Origin: a virus
Strand: one strand, 5' to 3'
Length of the DNA stretch: 64,000 nt
IMG/VR virus record: IMGVR_UViG_3300010430_000013
Coordinates: 1 to 64,000 of that record
Of this stretch, positions 59,163 to 64,000 are shown in pieces; positions within the stretch are counted from its first letter, which is position 1, and every line of letters begins with the position of its first letter. A program made the position numbers and the translations under genes. The notes under the pieces are model-generated. The model made no database searches. It saw nothing but the letters and a program-made list of their open reading frames with translations, and was not told where the DNA came from.

Positions 59163-59366
59163 ATGGGTGAATTTTTTGTAGAGGCCATTTTTGGCATGAT
59201 AGTGTCTGCGGTTATTGTAACCGCGCTTGTTGTGGGAGGAGTTACGTTTGCCGTGACTTGGTATTTCAGTCAACCTCCTTCAGAAGCTCAAGTCTTAAAA
59301 GAAGGGCAACGACAACAAGTTATCGAAAAACTTACACCTGAAGAACGAGAATTGCTGGGCGTTTAA
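59163..59366 (+). CDS. Small membrane protein
   Basis: AGGAG SD; hydrophobic N-terminal half; C-terminal KLTPEERELLG. Confidence 0.65.
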   Translation: MGEFFVEAIFGMIVSAVIVTALVVGGVTFAVTWYFSQPPSEAQVLKEGQRQQVIEKLTPEERELLGV

Positions 59367-59367
59367 T

Positions 59368-60954
59368 ATGATTTTTGATTGTGGGTGCGAATTTCACCAA
59401 ACAGAAGACGGCGGCTGGACTTGGGACGACGAGAATATTAATTTTCAATGTCCAAAAGTTTGGAGGTTAATTTGTTCTGGCAATACGTCTGGCGTCTTTC
59501 AGCTGGACGCTATGCTGGGTCAACATTGGTCCAGGCAGGTCAAGCCAGAAAACATTAATGAATGGTCTGATCTTATTGCTATTATCCGTCCTGGTATGCT
59601 GGAAGCTATCGTGGACGGAAAGAGCCAGACTCAGCGCTATGTTGACAGAAAACACGGCAAAGAGAGTGTCGCGTTCGACCATCCAAAGCTAGAGGAGGTT
59701 CTAGGACCAACTCAAGCTACCATGCCGTTTCAAGAGCAAGCCATGAGAATCGCCACAGACTTGGCGGGGTTCACAATGGCCGAGTCGGATACTTACATTC
59801 GCAAGGGTATCGGCAAGAAGATTCCTGAGGTGATTGCCAAAGCCAAGGAAATGTTCATCGAGGGATGCCTCAAGAATAATATCTCCAAAGAATTAGCCGA
59901 AAGAATCTTTACGTCTATCGAGGCTGCACAGCGATATTCGTTCAATAGGTCACACAGTCTTAGTTACGCTCTGGATGGTTATATTTATTCAGCATATATC
60001 AAAGCGCATTTTCCGCTGGAGTTTCATTGCACAGAATTAGACTTTGCTAAGGGCAAGCAGCCTAAGACTGACCTTGAGGCCGTCTGTGACATCATCGAGG
60101 ATGCCCTAAAGATGGACATCAAGGTTATGAAACCCGACCTTAGATATTTAAATGAAAGATTTTCTATAGTTGACGGCACCATCCTTTACGGCTTAACTAA
60201 GATAAAGCATCTCGGTCCCGATAAAATTCGAGCACTTCCAGAGCTGAAAGACGCTACTTACATAGAGCTTATCGCTGCCTTAGACAAAATAAACAAAACT
60301 TCCGCAGAAAACTTAATCAAAAGCGGGTCTTGTGATTGGATCAAAGCGCCTCGTTCTAAAATGTTGGCAGACTATGCGGCTTACTCCAAGCTAAATGTGC
60401 AGCAAAAAGAAGTTTGTGTAGAAGAATCTGACGTTCTTAAGGGAATTCAAAAAATTATAGAAATTGGGCCGTCCACCAAGAGCAAGCTGTGCTATAATAA
60501 AGTGTCGCTAAAAAAATTAAAGGAACTTGAGAATCTCCTCGTGAATCCAATCCGACAGCCAAAAGACACCCCTCAAAAGATTATTGACTGGGAAAAGGAA
60601 ACACTTGGGCGCTCATTTACTTTTGATGAGGCTTTGACTCGTTATTGGGATGGGAATTACAAAGAGTTGATTGATGTTAAGCATCATTCTGTCCCCCTAA
60701 AAGATCAATTCCTGTTGAGCGCGGTTCTCAGGGACTTTAAAGAAATTTACACCAAGAAAAAACAAGAACCTATGGCTCGAATAACTGTTTACAGTTTAGA
60801 TTGGGTCAGTGATGCGGTTATATTTCCTAGGGCTTGGGAATTGTGCAAGCATGCGATTGAATCTAATGTCGGCCAGCCGCTTTTATTCAAAGCCAGAATG
60901 AATTTCTACAACGAGCAATGGGGCCTAGTAATCGAGGAGATAGAAGATGTCTAG
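59368..60954 (+). CDS. dnaE: DNA polymerase III alpha, C-terminal half (fingers, HhH, OB)
   Basis: G.TSGVFQL, IAIIRPG, FQEQAM.IA..LAGF, RKGIGKK, YSFNRSHS.SY, YIKAHFP.EF, YGLTKIK, WEKETLG, MA.IT..VIFP. Confidence 0.9.
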   Translation: MIFDCGCEFHQTEDGGWTWDDENINFQCPKVWRLICSGNTSGVFQLDAMLGQHWSRQVKPENINEWSDLIAIIRPGMLEAIVDGKSQTQRYVDRKHGKESVAFDHPKLEEVLGPTQATMPFQEQAMRIATDLAGFTMAESDTYIRKGIGKKIPEVIAKAKEMFIEGCLKNNISKELAERIFTSIEAAQRYSFNRSHSLSYALDGYIYSAYIKAHFPLEFHCTELDFAKGKQPKTDLEAVCDIIEDALKMDIKVMKPDLRYLNERFSIVDGTILYGLTKIKHLGPDKIRALPELKDATYIELIAALDKINKTSAENLIKSGSCDWIKAPRSKMLADYAAYSKLNVQQKEVCVEESDVLKGIQKIIEIGPSTKSKLCYNKVSLKKLKELENLLVNPIRQPKDTPQKIIDWEKETLGRSFTFDEALTRYWDGNYKELIDVKHHSVPLKDQFLLSAVLRDFKEIYTKKKQEPMARITVYSLDWVSDAVIFPRAWELCKHAIESNVGQPLLFKARMNFYNEQWGLVIEEIEDV

Positions 60955-61246
60955 AAAGCCTCTAGAAACGAGCCCTGGAAATATTTACGTGTACAATTGC
61001 GACTTATGTAACTGTGATAAAAACTTTTACAGAGAGTGCGAATACTGCGAAAAAGACGTTTGCGAAAAATGCTGTGAGTATATAAAAAAAGATTTATTTT
61101 GGCATAATAGTAGCAATAGTTGCTTTGTTTGTGACGATTGTCTTGCAAGATTTAATGAGAGGTATAAAAAAACCACCACTCATATGAATAAGGCTATTAA
61201 AGAATTTGAACTCGAATTTAGAGAAGATAGAAATGCTAAGTCCTAA
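60947..61246 (+). CDS. Cys-rich zinc-finger protein
   Basis: Multiple CxxC pairs; GAGGAG SD. Confidence 0.55.
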   Translation: MSRKPLETSPGNIYVYNCDLCNCDKNFYRECEYCEKDVCEKCCEYIKKDLFWHNSSNSCFVCDDCLARFNERYKKTTTHMNKAIKEFELEFREDRNAKS

Positions 61247-62711
61247 AGACTCAAAAATACTTGTGATTGGCGACTCCTCAACAAAAAAGACAGGATTTGC
61301 TGTAGCTAAAAGACAATTGCTTGATCTATTGTGGGGCGAAGGCTATAATATAGCAGAGTTCGGATTTGCTGGAGCGCAACGAAACAAGCAGTTGGTTCCA
61401 TGGAAATACTATCCAGTTGTTCCAACAGATAGAAACTCTGAAGAGTATGCGGCTTACGGAAGAAACCCCAAGCACAAGCAGGGCGGCGGCAGATGGCACG
61501 ACTTATGTTTGCACTATAAGCCGAACCTCGTTATTATGTTCTGTGATCCGTGGGACGTAGACACGATGGTGTTTTCGCCATTGTCAGATTTTTACAAAAC
61601 TGTGCTTTATGTACCTTTGGATTCTGGTCCGGTTAATGCGCATTTGACTTCCGTGCATCATGCAGCAGATTATGTTATTCCATTTACCCATTTTGCTAAA
61701 GATGAATTGGCCAAAGTTGGCATTGAAACCCTTGAGCCAATCGCGCCGGGGTTTAATCAGGTGCATACAGACAAAGCTGCTTGCCGAAGAGCTTTGGGCA
61801 TTCCCATGGAGGCAGAAGTTTTTGGCTGGGTGGGCAGAAACCAGCCACGAAAAAGAATCCTGGAGTTAATTAATGCCTTCGAACGATATCTTGCATCCAC
61901 AAATCGTGATTCTTATTTGTTTTTGCATACTGGTTTGGTTGATGTCAGCTCTTGGGATTTACCTAGCCTCCTAGTAAACTCGGACTACGCTCATAGAATC
62001 TTGTTTTCCTACAAAGAAAAGGATACGCAAAACATAATTGCTCGACCGTTTCAGCATGTGAGAATTCATGCAAATGATAAAATATACAATGCATGTAACG
62101 CCGAGTCGACCGTTATTGAGTCTATGGCTACGATTTATGGAGCCATGGATTGTTATGTTCAGGCAGCAAATTGCGAAGGATTTGGCATTCCGATTGCTGA
62201 AGCGGCTGCCCACGGGACTCCAAACATCTGTGTTGACCATACAGCAATGGCTGAGGTTTGTCGAAACACAAAAGGTCTTCCGGTTAAGCCAGCCTCTCTT
62301 TTGTATGAACCAATCATTTCAACATTAAGGGCTTCAATCGACCAAGAAGCAATGGTGGAAGCGATGAAAAATCGACCCACTGCTGTCGAACATTACTACA
62401 CTATGGAAAAGTTTGAAAGAGATTGGCTTAAGTTCATCAATGAGGTAGAATTAGAAAACCTTTGGGATCAACCTCAAAGACGATTTGACCAAAACCACCC
62501 ATATGAATTAATGAGCACGGCTAGCTTTGCAGCGTGCGGGAACATACATCCTTACGTTAGTTTGCAAATCTTACAAGATTCTTACATTCATGATAGAAAA
62601 TCTGAGGAAATAACAAATAGAGTTCGTGACGCCGAAGGCAAACTGAAGCATATGGAAGCTATTCGTTTAGGCTTAGTTCCACTAGAAGAAAAAGATTGGA
62701 TGAAAGATTAA
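61233..62711 (+). CDS. Glycosyltransferase, GT4
   Basis: KILVIGDS...TGFA, WVGRNQPRKR, EGFGIPIAEAAAHGTP. Confidence 0.85.
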   Translation: MLSPKDSKILVIGDSSTKKTGFAVAKRQLLDLLWGEGYNIAEFGFAGAQRNKQLVPWKYYPVVPTDRNSEEYAAYGRNPKHKQGGGRWHDLCLHYKPNLVIMFCDPWDVDTMVFSPLSDFYKTVLYVPLDSGPVNAHLTSVHHAADYVIPFTHFAKDELAKVGIETLEPIAPGFNQVHTDKAACRRALGIPMEAEVFGWVGRNQPRKRILELINAFERYLASTNRDSYLFLHTGLVDVSSWDLPSLLVNSDYAHRILFSYKEKDTQNIIARPFQHVRIHANDKIYNACNAESTVIESMATIYGAMDCYVQAANCEGFGIPIAEAAAHGTPNICVDHTAMAEVCRNTKGLPVKPASLLYEPIISTLRASIDQEAMVEAMKNRPTAVEHYYTMEKFERDWLKFINEVELENLWDQPQRRFDQNHPYELMSTASFAACGNIHPYVSLQILQDSYIHDRKSEEITNRVRDAEGKLKHMEAIRLGLVPLEEKDWMKD

Positions 62712-62712
62712 T

Positions 62713-63459
62713 ATGGCCAAAAGTCAAGAATATCAAACAAGCTGCGTAAACTGTGTTTTTGCTGATTGGGACCCCGAAAGCCCATATCAAATTGGTTGCA
62801 AGGTTCGTCCGCTTATGGAATGTGACGAGCACCTTGGGGATGGCCATTGGAATTTGCGCAGACGATGCCATTACAAAAGAGAAGACGGATGGCTTCAGTC
62901 AGCAGCACGCAAACAAGTACGCAAGGAAGTTACCCCAAGTTACACGGTAGCCTTTTCTCTCAAGGAAAATAACGCTGACCGCATCTTTGATGCTTTTGTT
63001 GGGGCTCGACTGATGCCTAAGCAAATTTTGGCCTATACTACAGACGTAGACAAGTTCTACTCTATGATGGATAAAATCAAAACTCGACCATCTTATTGTT
63101 CAATCAGGTTGATGCAAGATGATATTGATCCCAAGCTAGAAATCTTGCGAAACGAAAAAAACAAGTATGTTTGGTTTTTGAATCCAGGCGAAGACCCATA
63201 TAAGGACCTGTTCTGGTGGATGGACCGACAAGTAAACGACTTGGAGTGGCGTTACGGTCTCATTGATGGAATCTGGCCCGTATCTCTGTTTAAAGCTTTG
63301 CCAGGATTGTCTCTGGAAGAAATTAAACAAAAAATTATGTCTGAGGAAAACCTTTACTATGAGTACGATTTTATTACAGACTGCGCAACATCCGGTGCTG
63401 ATTGGGCTTGGAAACAGGCTCGCTTTATCAAACCAAGTAAAGATGCTGGATCTGAATAA
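62713..63459 (+). CDS. Hypothetical protein
   Basis: TSCVNCVFA..QIGC; 248-aa open frame next to the GT gene. Confidence 0.6.
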   Translation: MAKSQEYQTSCVNCVFADWDPESPYQIGCKVRPLMECDEHLGDGHWNLRRRCHYKREDGWLQSAARKQVRKEVTPSYTVAFSLKENNADRIFDAFVGARLMPKQILAYTTDVDKFYSMMDKIKTRPSYCSIRLMQDDIDPKLEILRNEKNKYVWFLNPGEDPYKDLFWWMDRQVNDLEWRYGLIDGIWPVSLFKALPGLSLEEIKQKIMSEENLYYEYDFITDCATSGADWAWKQARFIKPSKDAGSE

Positions 63460-63913
63460 TCCAGAAAAAGCAGACGTAATTCTCCTGGATAATCCAAGCG
63501 AAGTTCCAAAGAATATGGTCTCGCACTTTGGCAAGGCGTGCCGATGGATATGCATTAACGCGCCTAAGCCATTTGCGTCAAGCCGCTTCGAGGAAGTGCA
63601 AATCGACAATATGGAATACATTGACGATGTAGCGTTTAGCCCCTCGAAGAAGTTTAATCTAGAAAATGTTGTTTTATTCTATTCATCCGAGCAGTCGGAA
63701 GAAGAGTATGAGTACGATATCGCGACTGGTCCTTACAAAGATGTAGAAAACTATATTGGATATAGCACAGCGGCAGAAGCTATCGAAATGGCTCTCTCGG
63801 CTAAGGGTTTTGTGACCAACAGCGCAACCATGGAAAACATATTCAAGCATTTCAGCGGTGAAACAACTCTTAAATCGTACAAGGCGCTTGCAGAAAGGTT
63901 AGAACTGTGTTAG
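63359..63913 (+). CDS. Hypothetical protein
   Basis: Open frame overlapping the previous gene; start uncertain. Confidence 0.5.
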   Translation: MSTILLQTAQHPVLIGLGNRLALSNQVKMLDLNNPEKADVILLDNPSEVPKNMVSHFGKACRWICINAPKPFASSRFEEVQIDNMEYIDDVAFSPSKKFNLENVVLFYSSEQSEEEYEYDIATGPYKDVENYIGYSTAAEAIEMALSAKGFVTNSATMENIFKHFSGETTLKSYKALAERLELC

Positions 63914-64000
63914 GAATCTACATTAACTCTCACGACCTCCAAGATGAAAAACTTATCAATCTTGTGCAGGCTATCCCAGCAGGAAAATGCAAGATATTCT

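Noticed and set aside
56420-59367. Split intein or intron joining the dnaE halves
   Set aside because: No intein N/C motifs at the termini; the interval holds independent genes and a terminator

Overview
Gene-dense, AT-rich, mostly + strand segment of a large dsDNA phage. No capsid, tail or terminase genes are recognisable. A Planctomycetota host is inferred from one protein with a planctomycete-type N-terminal motif. About 1-36 kb is an accessory region: a DUF2201/VWA peptidase, about 22 tandem Gly/Cys-rich mini-ORFs, a minimal retron-type reverse transcriptase preceded by two tandem msr-msd-like ncRNA units and followed by an rIIA-like gene, secreted proteases, a ~550 nt structured non-coding region, an intein-containing gmd, and an array of single-gene cassettes separated by a repeat that is the reverse complement of a tRNA D-arm. 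About 36-64 kb holds nucleotide metabolism and replication genes (intein-containing NrdJ, HD hydrolase, sulfotransferase, glycosyltransferases, dUTPase, PhoH, RecA, DnaB, primase, dNMP kinase, Cas4-like nuclease, SSB, DnaE split into two genes without inteins, DnaQ-like exonuclease), several homing endonucleases and a ~136 nt tmRNA-like RNA. The strongest candidates for undescribed systems are the tandem-ncRNA phage retron, the tRNA-D-arm cassette array and the mini-tmRNA. All calls come from manual motif and base-pairing inspection; no database searches were run.
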